From Jatrophihabitantaceae bacterium (lineage in GTDB: Bacteria; Actinomycetota; Actinomycetes; Mycobacteriales; Jatrophihabitantaceae), in assembly GCA_035656595.1 (NCBI GenBank), contig DASRSG010000112.1:1-52579 (forward strand): a stretch of 52,579 bases of DNA, in the 5' to 3' direction. The translations under genes were made by a program, and so were the position numbers. Below the pieces are notes generated by a model. The model was given only the letters and a program-made list of their open reading frames with translations. It had not been told where the DNA came from and did not search any database. Below, one piece after another: positions 18,981 to 27,181 of the stretch. Numbering within the stretch: position 1 is the stretch's first letter; each line of letters begins with the position of its first letter.

Positions 18981-20360
18981 GTGCTCCTGACCATCACCAC
19001 GACCACGGCGCCGGCCGGCGATCTCGGCTACCTGCTGCACAAGCACCCCGACCGCGTGCAGTCCTTCCCCCAGTCGGTCGGCACAGCGCACGTCTTCTAC
19101 CCCGAGGTGTCCGACGAGCGGTGCACCGCAGCGCTGCTGCTCGAGGTGGATCCGATCGCACTGGTGCGGGGGCGGCAAGCCGGCGACTCGTTCGCGCTCG
19201 GCCAGTACGTCAACGACCGCCCGTACGCGGCGTCGAGCATGCTCGCGCTGGCGATCAAGGACGTGTTCCGCACCGCGCTCACCGGCCGGTGCAACGCGCG
19301 CCCCGAGCTCGCTGCGGCACCGATCGCACTGCACCTGCATGTACCGGCCGTGCCCTGCAGCGGCGGAGCCGAACTCGCTCGCGCGCTCTTCGAACCGCTC
19401 GGCTGGGACGTTGACGCCCGACCGGTCCCGCTCGACCCGCAAATCCCGAGCTGGGGCGACTCGCGCTACGTCGACCTCTACCTGCGCGGCGACGTGCGCC
19501 TGGCCGATGCGCTCAACCATCTCTACGTGCTGCTCCCCGTCCTCGACGACGCCAAGCACTACTGGGTGAGCAGCGACGAGGTCGACAAGCTGATCCGCGC
19601 CGGTGGTGAGTGGCTCGGCGACCATCCGCAGCGCACGCTGATCACCGAGCGATATCTGAAGCATCGACGCGAATACACCCGCGCGGCGCTAGCTCGACTG
19701 GCCGAGGTCGACGACACCGAACCGGACGAGGTCGAGAACCCTGACGAGGCTCCGCGCGTCTCGCTGGCCGTGCAACGCCGCGACACGGTACTCGCCGCAC
19801 TGCTGGCCACCGGCGCGCGCTCGGTCGGCGACTTCGGCTGCGGCGAAGGCAACCTGCTCGACCTGCTGTTCAGCCAAACGCAGTTCACCCGCATCGTCGG
19901 CGTCGACGTGTCCGTCCACAGCCTCAACCGGGCAGCGGCACGCCTCCAGCGCAAGACGCAGCACCAGCCCGAGCGGATCGAGCTGTTCCAGTCAGCTCTG
20001 ACCTACCGTGACGATCGGCTGGCCGGGCTCGACGCTGCCGTGCTGATGGAGGTCATCGAGCACGTCGACCTGCCCCGACTCGGTGCGCTCGAGCGCACCG
20101 TGTTCGGCTTCGCCGCACCCACGGCCGTGCTCGTCACCACCCCGAACGCCGAGCACAACGTGCGGTTCGAAACGCTCGCCGCCGGATCGTTTCGGCACCG
20201 CGATCACCGCTTCGAGTGGACGCGCGCGCAGTTCCGCGACTGGGGCGCCCGGGTAGCCAACACCTACGGGTACGCAGTGCGCTTCGCGCCGGTCGGGACG
20301 GACGACCCCGAGGTCGGGCCGCCGACGCAGCTGGCGGTCTTCACGAAGGAGGCGGCGTGA
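18981..20360 (+). CDS. hen1: Bacterial Hen1, 3'-terminal RNA ribose 2'-O-methyltransferase
   Basis: N-terminus MLLTITTTTAPAGDLGYLLHKHPDRVQSF is typical of bacterial Hen1. C-terminal SAM motif I VGDFGCGEGNLL. Stop overlaps the pnkp start (GTGA). Confidence 0.85.
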   Translation: MLLTITTTTAPAGDLGYLLHKHPDRVQSFPQSVGTAHVFYPEVSDERCTAALLLEVDPIALVRGRQAGDSFALGQYVNDRPYAASSMLALAIKDVFRTALTGRCNARPELAAAPIALHLHVPAVPCSGGAELARALFEPLGWDVDARPVPLDPQIPSWGDSRYVDLYLRGDVRLADALNHLYVLLPVLDDAKHYWVSSDEVDKLIRAGGEWLGDHPQRTLITERYLKHRREYTRAALARLAEVDDTEPDEVENPDEAPRVSLAVQRRDTVLAALLATGARSVGDFGCGEGNLLDLLFSQTQFTRIVGVDVSVHSLNRAAARLQRKTQHQPERIELFQSALTYRDDRLAGLDAAVLMEVIEHVDLPRLGALERTVFGFAAPTAVLVTTPNAEHNVRFETLAAGSFRHRDHRFEWTRAQFRDWGARVANTYGYAVRFAPVGTDDPEVGPPTQLAVFTKEAA

Positions 20361-22882
20361 ACCTCGACGTTCCGCAGCTCAGCCTCGTCGTGCTCGTCGG
20401 CGTCAGCGGTTCGGGAAAGTCCACCTTCGCGCGCGAGCACTTCGCACCGACCGAGGTCATCTCGTCCGACTTCTGCCGCGGCCTCGTCGCTGACGACGAG
20501 AACGACCAATCGGCCACGCGCGATGCGTTCGACGTGTTGAACTTCATCGCCGGCAAGCGGCTGGCGGCTGGGCGGCTCACCGTTGTCGACGCGACCAACG
20601 TGCAGGCCGACGCGCGCAAACCGCTCGTCGCGCTTGCCCGCGAGCACGACGTGCTGCCCGTCGCGATCGTGCTCGACGTGCCCGAGTCGGTGTGCATTGC
20701 ACGCAACGCGTCACGTCCCGACCGCAGCTTCGGTTCCGACGTGATCCGCCGGCAACGCGATCAACTGCGGCGCAGCTTGAAGTCCTTGCAGCGCGAGGGA
20801 TTCCGCGCGGTGCACGTGATCCCCGACGTCGACGACGTCACCATCACCCGAACGCGGCTGTACAACGACAAGCGCGACGACACCGGACCGTTCGACGTGA
20901 TCGGCGACATCCACGGCTGCCGCGCCGAGCTCGAGACACTGCTCGCAGAACTCGGCTACGCGATCGCGCGCGACGACGAGGGACGGGCGATCGACGCACA
21001 GCATCCGACGCGCCGGGCGGTGTTCGTCGGCGATCTGGTCGACCGCGGTCCGGACACGCCGGGCGTGCTGCGCCTGGTGATGGGCATGCTCGGCGCGGGG
21101 AACGCGCTGTGCGTGTCGGGCAATCACGAGGCGAAGCTCTTGCGCGCGCTGCGCGGCCGCAATGTGCAACCGACGCACGGGCTGGCCGAGTCGATTGCGC
21201 AGTTGAGCGCCGAGAGCGATGAGTTCCGCGCCGCCGCTCAGCAGTTCATCGACGGGTTGATCAGCCACTACGTGCTCGACGGCGGAAATCTCGTCGTGTC
21301 ACACGCGGGTCTCATCGAGCGCTACCAGGGCCGCGCGTCCGGACGGGTGCGCGAGTTCTGCCTGTACGGGCAGACCACCGGCGAGACCGACGAGTACGGC
21401 CTGCCGGTTCGCTACCCGTGGGCGCAGGAGTACCGCGGGCGCGCGATGGTGCTCTACGGCCACACGCCCGTGCCGGAGGTCGAGTGGATCAACAACACCC
21501 TCTGCCTCGACACCGGTTGTGTCTTCGGCGGCAAGCTCACTGCGCTGCGCTATCCCGAACGCGAGGTCGTTTCCGTCCCGGCCGCTGCGGTCTACTACGA
21601 GCCTGCCAAGCCGTTCCTCGCGGCACCGGCTGAGCGCGAGTCCGAGGTGCTCGACATCGGTGACGTGGCCGGCAAGCGGGTGATCGAGACCGCGTACCTG
21701 AACCGCATCGGCGTGCGCGAGGAGAACGCCGCAGCTGCGCTAGAGGTGATGAGCCGCTTCGCGATCGACCCGCGCTGGCTGCTGTACCTACCGCCGACCA
21801 TGAGCCCGGTGGCCACCTCGTCGCGACCGGACATGCTCGAGCACCCGGACCAGGCGTTCGACGCCTACCGCAACGAGGGCGTCGATGCGGTGGTGTGCGA
21901 AGAGAAGCACATGGGCTCGCGCGCGGTCGTCCTCGTCTGCCGATCGCGCGAGGCAGCGCGAACCCGCTTCGCCGTATCCGACGACGCGCTCGGCGCGGTG
22001 TGGACGCGAACCGGGCGCGCGTTCTTCGACCCGGCCCTGACCGATGAGTTCGTCTCTCGCATCGGCGCGGCCGCCGAAGCCGCCGGGCTGTTCGACGAGC
22101 TCGACACCTCGTGGCTGCTGCTCGACGCCGAGCTGCTGCCGTGGAGCGCGAAGGCCGGTGCGCTGATCCGCGACCAGTACGCGGCCGTTGGAGCTGCCGC
22201 GCGATCTGCGCTGCCGGCCGCCGTGTCCGTCGTGTCGACTGCCGCCGCGGCCGGACGCGACGTGGGCGCGCTGCTCGCACGCACCCAGGCGAGGGCAGCC
22301 AACATCGAGGCCTACGCCGCGGCGTACCGGCGGTACTGCTGGGACGTGTCCGGGCTGGACGGCGTGCGGTTGGCGCCGTTCCAGGTGCTCGCCGCGCGGG
22401 GCTCGACCTTCGCCGATCGCCCGCATGCGTGGCACTTGTCGCTGGCCGACCGGCTGGCCACCGCGGATCCGTCGCTGATCATGTCTACCCGTCGCCGTGA
22501 GGTTGACACCTCGGAGGCGACGTCGGTAGCCGATGCGGTGGCGTGGTGGACGGAACTCACCGGCTCAGGCGGTGAGGGCATGGTGGTCAAGCCAGCGGCC
22601 AACCTGGTCCGCGGCCGGCGCGGCCTGGTGCAGCCGGGTCTGAAGGTGCGCGGGCGCGAGTACCTGCGCATCATCTACGGTCCGGACTACACCGAGCCAG
22701 CCAACCTCGAGCGGCTGCGCCAGCGCGGACTCGGCCACAAGCGCTCGCTCGCTTTCCGCGAGTACGCGCTCGGCCTGGAAGCCCTCGACCGGGCCGCTCG
22801 CGGCGAGCCACTGTGGCGGGTGCACGAGTGCGTGTTCGCCGTGCTCGCGCTGGAGTCGGAACCGGTCGATCCGCGGCTGTAA
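20357..22882 (+). CDS. pnkp: Polynucleotide kinase-phosphatase/ligase Pnkp (RNA repair)
   Basis: GTG 20357 (VNLDVPQLSLVVLVGVSGSGKST, P-loop kinase). Calcineurin-type phosphatase motifs GDIHGC, GDLVDRGP, GNHE. C-terminal adenylyltransferase motif EEKHMGSR. Preceded by SD GAAGGAGG. Confidence 0.85.
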   Translation: MNLDVPQLSLVVLVGVSGSGKSTFAREHFAPTEVISSDFCRGLVADDENDQSATRDAFDVLNFIAGKRLAAGRLTVVDATNVQADARKPLVALAREHDVLPVAIVLDVPESVCIARNASRPDRSFGSDVIRRQRDQLRRSLKSLQREGFRAVHVIPDVDDVTITRTRLYNDKRDDTGPFDVIGDIHGCRAELETLLAELGYAIARDDEGRAIDAQHPTRRAVFVGDLVDRGPDTPGVLRLVMGMLGAGNALCVSGNHEAKLLRALRGRNVQPTHGLAESIAQLSAESDEFRAAAQQFIDGLISHYVLDGGNLVVSHAGLIERYQGRASGRVREFCLYGQTTGETDEYGLPVRYPWAQEYRGRAMVLYGHTPVPEVEWINNTLCLDTGCVFGGKLTALRYPEREVVSVPAAAVYYEPAKPFLAAPAERESEVLDIGDVAGKRVIETAYLNRIGVREENAAAALEVMSRFAIDPRWLLYLPPTMSPVATSSRPDMLEHPDQAFDAYRNEGVDAVVCEEKHMGSRAVVLVCRSREAARTRFAVSDDALGAVWTRTGRAFFDPALTDEFVSRIGAAAEAAGLFDELDTSWLLLDAELLPWSAKAGALIRDQYAAVGAAARSALPAAVSVVSTAAAAGRDVGALLARTQARAANIEAYAAAYRRYCWDVSGLDGVRLAPFQVLAARGSTFADRPHAWHLSLADRLATADPSLIMSTRRREVDTSEATSVADAVAWWTELTGSGGEGMVVKPAANLVRGRRGLVQPGLKVRGREYLRIIYGPDYTEPANLERLRQRGLGHKRSLAFREYALGLEALDRAARGEPLWRVHECVFAVLALESEPVDPRL

Positions 22883-22891
22883 CAGTTTGGC

Positions 22892-23425
22892 TTAGCAGCC
22901 GACGTAGGCGAGGGCTTGGCGCAGCAGCGTGCCCTGACCACCGGCCATCTCGGCGAGCAGCGCCTGGTCGACGGCTTCGGCGGGGTTGAGCCAGGTCAGC
23001 TCGAGCGCGTCCTGTTGCGGTGCGCAGTCACCGTCAACCGGGACGACGAAGGCCAGCGACACTGCATGCTGGCGCGGATCGTGGAAGGCGGTGACGCCGA
23101 GGGTCGGGAAGTACTCGGCGATGGTGAACGGCTGCGGCGAGGCAGGCAGCCGCGGCAGCGCGAGCGGGCCGAGGTCCTTCTCGATGTGCCGCAGCAGGGC
23201 CGAGCGCACCCGTTCGTGGTAGAGCACCCGGCCCGAGACGAGCGCCCGGGTGATCTGCCCGTGGCCGGTCACGCGCAGCAGGAGGCCGACGGAAATGACC
23301 GTGCCGGTCTCGTCCACCCGCACCGGCACGATGTCGACATAGAGGATCGGCAACCGCTCACGAGCGGCGTCCAACTCCTCGCCACTGAGCCAACTGGTGC
23401 CCGACTGCGACTCGATCTGGGTCAT
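22892..23425 (-). CDS. Nudix-fold protein (DUF4916-like) with degenerate Nudix box
   Basis: 177 aa from ATG 23425 (MTQIESQ). GRVLYHERVRSALLRHIEKDLGP aligns to GX5EX7REUXEEXGU with RE changed to RH and EE changed to KD. This is the 3' part of the composite 779-aa ORF in the track. Confidence 0.7.
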   Translation of the reverse strand: MTQIESQSGTSWLSGEELDAARERLPILYVDIVPVRVDETGTVISVGLLLRVTGHGQITRALVSGRVLYHERVRSALLRHIEKDLGPLALPRLPASPQPFTIAEYFPTLGVTAFHDPRQHAVSLAFVVPVDGDCAPQQDALELTWLNPAEAVDQALLAEMAGGQGTLLRQALAYVGC

Positions 23426-23470
23426 ACCCCTTTCTATCGGTCGCGGGCGCGGAATTCCGGGCGGCTCCGC

Positions 23471-23499
23471 TTGTGAAAACAAAGTGAAGTGGATAGTGT
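23471..23499 (+). promoter_or_regulatory. Candidate promoter TTGTGA-N17-TAGTGT upstream of the NERD gene
   Basis: TTGTGA at 23471..23476, a 17-nt spacer, TAGTGT at 23494..23499, in an AT-richer divergent intergenic region. The -35 element lies within the small palindrome CTTGTGAAAACAAG (23470..23483). Confidence 0.4.
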
Positions 23500-23539
23500 T
23501 TCGCTTGTTCAACGGCGGGGGCCGATGAGGGGGTGCCCC

Positions 23540-24424
23540 ATGCCGAAAGCCCAGACCGGCCGTATCGCGTGCATCAATGCTGCGCGTGGTGCCGCTCGCC
23601 GCTGGCGCACCTACCTCGTGCTTGGCGCCGTTGTCATCGCCGTGATCGCCGCCGTCCCCGCCGTGGCCCTGCAGCAGGGTTACACCGGACTCGTGCTCGG
23701 CGTGCTGGCCATGCTGGTCGTGATCAGCCTGGTGGCGCAGGGCAACCCCGCCACCGATCCGGCCGTCGCCGAGCGCTGGAGCCTCGCGCCACTGCGCAAG
23801 GTGCGCGGCTGGTCGGTCACCGACAACCTGCCCTTCGAGCGCGACGACATCGACCACGTCGTCGTGACGCCGGCCGCCGTGCTGGCCGTCGAGACGCGCT
23901 ACCACGCCACTCCGGCCGCGGCTGATCGGCTGCGGCGCGATCTGGCCAGCGCCGAGCGGGCGGCGCACAAGGTGCGGCTGTTCCTGCGCGCCGAGCGTTT
24001 GCGCGATGCCGCCGTGGTCGTGCCCGTCCTGATCGTATGGGGCCCGGGCGCGCCCGATCTGGCCGATGGTCACCGCAACTACGACGGCGTCCACCTCGTC
24101 GACGGCAGCCATCCGGAACGCTGGATGGACCTGTTCAGCGCGACGAAGCTGACCACCGCAACCCGCCGCGACCTGCACGCGCGCTTCCAGCGCTTCGCCG
24201 CCGACCGGGCCGGCTACGACGCCCGGGTGCTGCCGTCGCTGCGCGCCGAGGTCTGGCGCGAACTGCGCAGCGGCATCGCCACCGAGCGTGCGCAGCGTGC
24301 GTCCCGGCATGCAGGCGCGCGCACTCTGACCCTCAGTCCGGTCCCCGCTCCTGCGGCGGTGGGGGTGCCTTCCACCGCGGCGGTTGTAGCGGGGACCACC
24401 CAGGCGAAGCGCTCCCAGCGCTGA
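23540..24424 (+). CDS. Membrane-anchored NERD (nuclease-related) domain protein
   Basis: Two predicted TM helices (YLVLGAVVIAVIAAVPAVAL, LVLGVLAMLVVISLVAQG) followed by DIDHVVVTPAAVLAVETRYH, a NERD-type core. ATG 23540 follows GAGGGGG; alternative starts at 23489 and 23525. Confidence 0.65.
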   Translation: MPKAQTGRIACINAARGAARRWRTYLVLGAVVIAVIAAVPAVALQQGYTGLVLGVLAMLVVISLVAQGNPATDPAVAERWSLAPLRKVRGWSVTDNLPFERDDIDHVVVTPAAVLAVETRYHATPAAADRLRRDLASAERAAHKVRLFLRAERLRDAAVVVPVLIVWGPGAPDLADGHRNYDGVHLVDGSHPERWMDLFSATKLTTATRRDLHARFQRFAADRAGYDARVLPSLRAEVWRELRSGIATERAQRASRHAGARTLTLSPVPAPAAVGVPSTAAVVAGTTQAKRSQR

Positions 24425-24435
24425 TTGCCTGAATT

Positions 24436-24485
24436 GCCACCGGCTCCTTCCCGTGGCGGCGAGGCCTCGCGAAGGAGCCGGTGGC
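24436..24485. repeat. 15-bp perfect-stem hairpin (GCCACCGGCTCCTTC ... GAAGGAGCCGGTGGC)
   Basis: Arms at 24436..24450 and 24471..24485. The 20-nt loop contains the palindrome GCGAGGCCTCGC. It lies just after the NERD stop codon. Confidence 0.8.
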
Positions 24486-24491
24486 GACGAT

Positions 24492-24548
24492 CTTTGCCCC
24501 GCCAATCCATGCTCCGAAGCCGTCCCAGCAGACCTACGCGGGGCAAAG
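24492..24548. repeat. Palindromic intergenic element, copy 2 (CTTTGCCCCGC ... GCGGGGCAAAG)
   Basis: 11-bp perfect arms at 24492..24502 and 24538..24548 with a 35-nt loop. It abuts the kinase stop codon (24549..24551). Same arm sequence as 14376..14434. Confidence 0.85.
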
Positions 24549-25193
24549 TCAGTCCAGCCCGAGCAGGTCCACGTCGACGATGAGGTCGGCGGCATCGGCC
24601 GTGGCTGCGACGAGTTCGGCGTTGCGCTCGTCTGAGCGCAGCACCCATTCGCGTGCTTCCTCGCGCGACTTGCCGAACGCGACATGGCGGGCGATGAGGC
24701 GCCGCAGCCGCTCGGCGGCATTGACGTGGCAGAACCACACTTCGTCGAACTGCGCGCGCACCACCCGCCACTCGGCTTCGGGCAGCAACAGGTAATTGCC
24801 CTCGCTGACCACGACCCGGGTGTCGGCCAGGACGGGTATGGCCTGCGCGAGCGGTTGTTCGAGGGTGCGCTCGAAGCTTGGCGCCCAGACCGCCTGGCCA
24901 CGCCTGATGCGGTGCAGCAGCACGGCGTAGCCGTCGACATCGAAAGTGTCCGGCGCGCCCATCCGGTCTGCTCGCCCGAGCCGTTCCAGCTCGACCTTGG
25001 CCAGGTGGAAGCCGTCCATCGGCACGTGCGCCGCGCGCGGAAATCCACCCAGGCGCGCGACCAGCAGTTCGGCGAGGGTGGTCTTGCCCGCACCCGGCGC
25101 GCCGGCGACCCCGATGAGCACGCGCCGATCGGTGCCGGCCAGCAGCATCTCCACGCGTGCCACGAGGCCCTCTGCAAACGCCATGCCTGCCAA
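24549..25193 (-). CDS. P-loop nucleoside/nucleotide kinase family protein
   Basis: Walker A GVAGAPGAGKTTLAE and overall uridine-kinase/PRK-like layout. Alternative ATG at 25184. Confidence 0.75.
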   Translation of the reverse strand: MAGMAFAEGLVARVEMLLAGTDRRVLIGVAGAPGAGKTTLAELLVARLGGFPRAAHVPMDGFHLAKVELERLGRADRMGAPDTFDVDGYAVLLHRIRRGQAVWAPSFERTLEQPLAQAIPVLADTRVVVSEGNYLLLPEAEWRVVRAQFDEVWFCHVNAAERLRRLIARHVAFGKSREEAREWVLRSDERNAELVAATADAADLIVDVDLLGLD

Positions 25194-25207
25194 CCTAGGG
25201 TGAAAGC

Positions 25208-27115
25208 GTGAAAGCTACCGACATTGCGCACCTGATCAGCCTCGGCCCACCGACGATCGCGCCGGACGGCCGCAGTGCGGTGGTGGCCGCCTCAGCCCCG
25301 GACCTCGACGAGGACGAGTACCGCGGCCAGCTCTGGTCGGTCGCGCTCGACGGCAGCACCGCACCTCGCCAGCTCACGCACGGCGAGCACGACACCGCGC
25401 CGCGCTACTCGCCGGACGGCAGCTGGCTGGCGTTCCTGCGCACCGAACCCAAGGGCAAGCCGCAGCTGTACCTGCTGCCCACCGACGGCGGCGACGCGCG
25501 CGCGCTCACCGACCTGCCCGGCGGGAGCGGCACGCCGGTCTGGTCGCCGGACTCGAGCCGAATCGCCTTCAGCGCGCGCGTTCCCGAAGCCGGCCGGTAC
25601 GGCCAGGACGAGAAGATCACCCCCGACAAGGAACCGCCGCGACGCATCACCGGGCTGCAGTACCGCCTCGACGGGCTCGGCTTCCTCGTCGACAAGCGCG
25701 AGCAGATCTTCGTCGTGGGTATCGACTGTGCCGAGCCGCGCCAGGTGACCGAGGGCGCCTTCGACAGCGGCCAGGTGTCGTGGAGTCCGGACGGCGACTG
25801 GCTCGCTTTCGTCTCAGCACGGGAAGACCCCAGCCAGCGCAGCTTCCGCAACGACGTTTACCTGGTCCGTCCGGATGGGTCTGACCTGCGCAAGCTCACC
25901 GACACCTCGCTCGCGATCGGGCAGCCGATGTTCACTCCGGACGCAGCGACGATCCTCATGACCGGTGCCGATCATGGCCCGGACGGCAGCGAGTGGATTG
26001 CCCAGCAGGAGGGCCTCTACGCAGTCGACGTTTCCGACGGCGGCAAGCCACACCGGCTCACCGACGCCGAGGCCTACAACCTTGTCGACGCGAGCATCGT
26101 CATCGACGGCGATCGCGCTCTCGTGCGCTACGAGAACCGCGGTGCGGTTGATGTGCTCGCGGTCCCGCTCGACGGCTCGACACCGTCGGCGATCTCGGCC
26201 GGACGGCGCGTGATCACCGGCGTCGACACCGCCGGCGACACCATCGTCGTCACGTATCAGGACGAGACGAGCTTCGGCGAGCTCGGCGTGCTGCGCGGCG
26301 CCGACGTGCACAAGCTCACCGACTTCGGCGCTGGGCTGCGCGAGCACGCCACGCCGCGTCCGGTGGTCGAGCTCACCGGATCAGCGCCGGACGGCCACCC
26401 GCTGCACGGCTTCCTCGTCGTACCGGACGGGCCGGGGCCGCACCCCGTGCTGCTGATGATCCACGGCGGACCGTTCGCGCAGTACACCTGGTCGGTGTTC
26501 GACGAGGCGCAGGTGTACGCCGCTGCCGGCTACGCCGTCGTCTACGGCAACCCGCGCGGCTCGTCCGGATACGGCGCGGCGCACGGGCAGTACATCCGCG
26601 GCGACGTCGGCGAGCGATCCAGCATCGATCTGCTTGCGCTGCTTGACGAAGCACTCGTTCGTCCCGAGTTGGACGAGGCGCGCGTCGGCGTGCTCGGCGG
26701 CTCGCACGGCGGCTTCATGACGAGCTGGCTGGTCGGCCATACCGACCGCTTCCGCGCCGCCGTGAGCGAGCGTGCGGTGAACGCGATCGACAGCTTCGAG
26801 GGATCCAGCGACATCGGCTGGGGCTTCGCCGACGCGCTGTACGGACGTGACCGCGGCCAGCAGGATGCGCAGAGCCCGCTGACCAATGCGGCCAGGATCG
26901 AGACGCCGTTGTTGATCATCCACTCCGAGCACGACTGGCGCTGCCCGGTCGAGCAGGCCCAGCGGCTGTACGTGGCGCTGCGCAAGCGCGATGCCACCGT
27001 GGAGATGTTGCTGTTCCCCGGCGAGGGGCATGAGCTGTCGCGCTCGGGCCTGCCGAGCCATCGGGTGACGCGCTTCGACGCGATCGTCGACTGGTTCGGC
27101 CGCTACCTGAAATAG
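25208..27115 (+). CDS. S9 family serine peptidase (beta-propeller + prolyl oligopeptidase-type catalytic domain)
   Basis: Propeller repeats (YSPDGSWLAF, WSPDSSRIAF, WSPDGDWLAF). Nucleophile elbow GGSHGGFM. Downstream HSEHDWRCP and GEGHEL. Confidence 0.9.
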   Translation: MKATDIAHLISLGPPTIAPDGRSAVVAASAPDLDEDEYRGQLWSVALDGSTAPRQLTHGEHDTAPRYSPDGSWLAFLRTEPKGKPQLYLLPTDGGDARALTDLPGGSGTPVWSPDSSRIAFSARVPEAGRYGQDEKITPDKEPPRRITGLQYRLDGLGFLVDKREQIFVVGIDCAEPRQVTEGAFDSGQVSWSPDGDWLAFVSAREDPSQRSFRNDVYLVRPDGSDLRKLTDTSLAIGQPMFTPDAATILMTGADHGPDGSEWIAQQEGLYAVDVSDGGKPHRLTDAEAYNLVDASIVIDGDRALVRYENRGAVDVLAVPLDGSTPSAISAGRRVITGVDTAGDTIVVTYQDETSFGELGVLRGADVHKLTDFGAGLREHATPRPVVELTGSAPDGHPLHGFLVVPDGPGPHPVLLMIHGGPFAQYTWSVFDEAQVYAAAGYAVVYGNPRGSSGYGAAHGQYIRGDVGERSSIDLLALLDEALVRPELDEARVGVLGGSHGGFMTSWLVGHTDRFRAAVSERAVNAIDSFEGSSDIGWGFADALYGRDRGQQDAQSPLTNAARIETPLLIIHSEHDWRCPVEQAQRLYVALRKRDATVEMLLFPGEGHELSRSGLPSHRVTRFDAIVDWFGRYLK

Positions 27116-27181
27116 CCCGATTTGCGCGGCTCCCCGTCCTGGCTGACGATCGAGGTTCAGCCACGAAGGGATTCCTCACAC

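Noticed and set aside
22892-25231. A 779-aa minus-strand ORF spanning the whole 22.9..25.2 kb region
   Set aside because: It is a composite. Only its last 177 codons (the Nudix-like protein, 22892..23425) look like a real protein. The real kinase gene (24549..25193) lies within the ORF's span but in a different minus-strand frame. The middle of the ORF is antisense to the NERD gene and is low-complexity Arg/Pro/Ala-rich, as is typical of open antisense frames in high-GC DNA.
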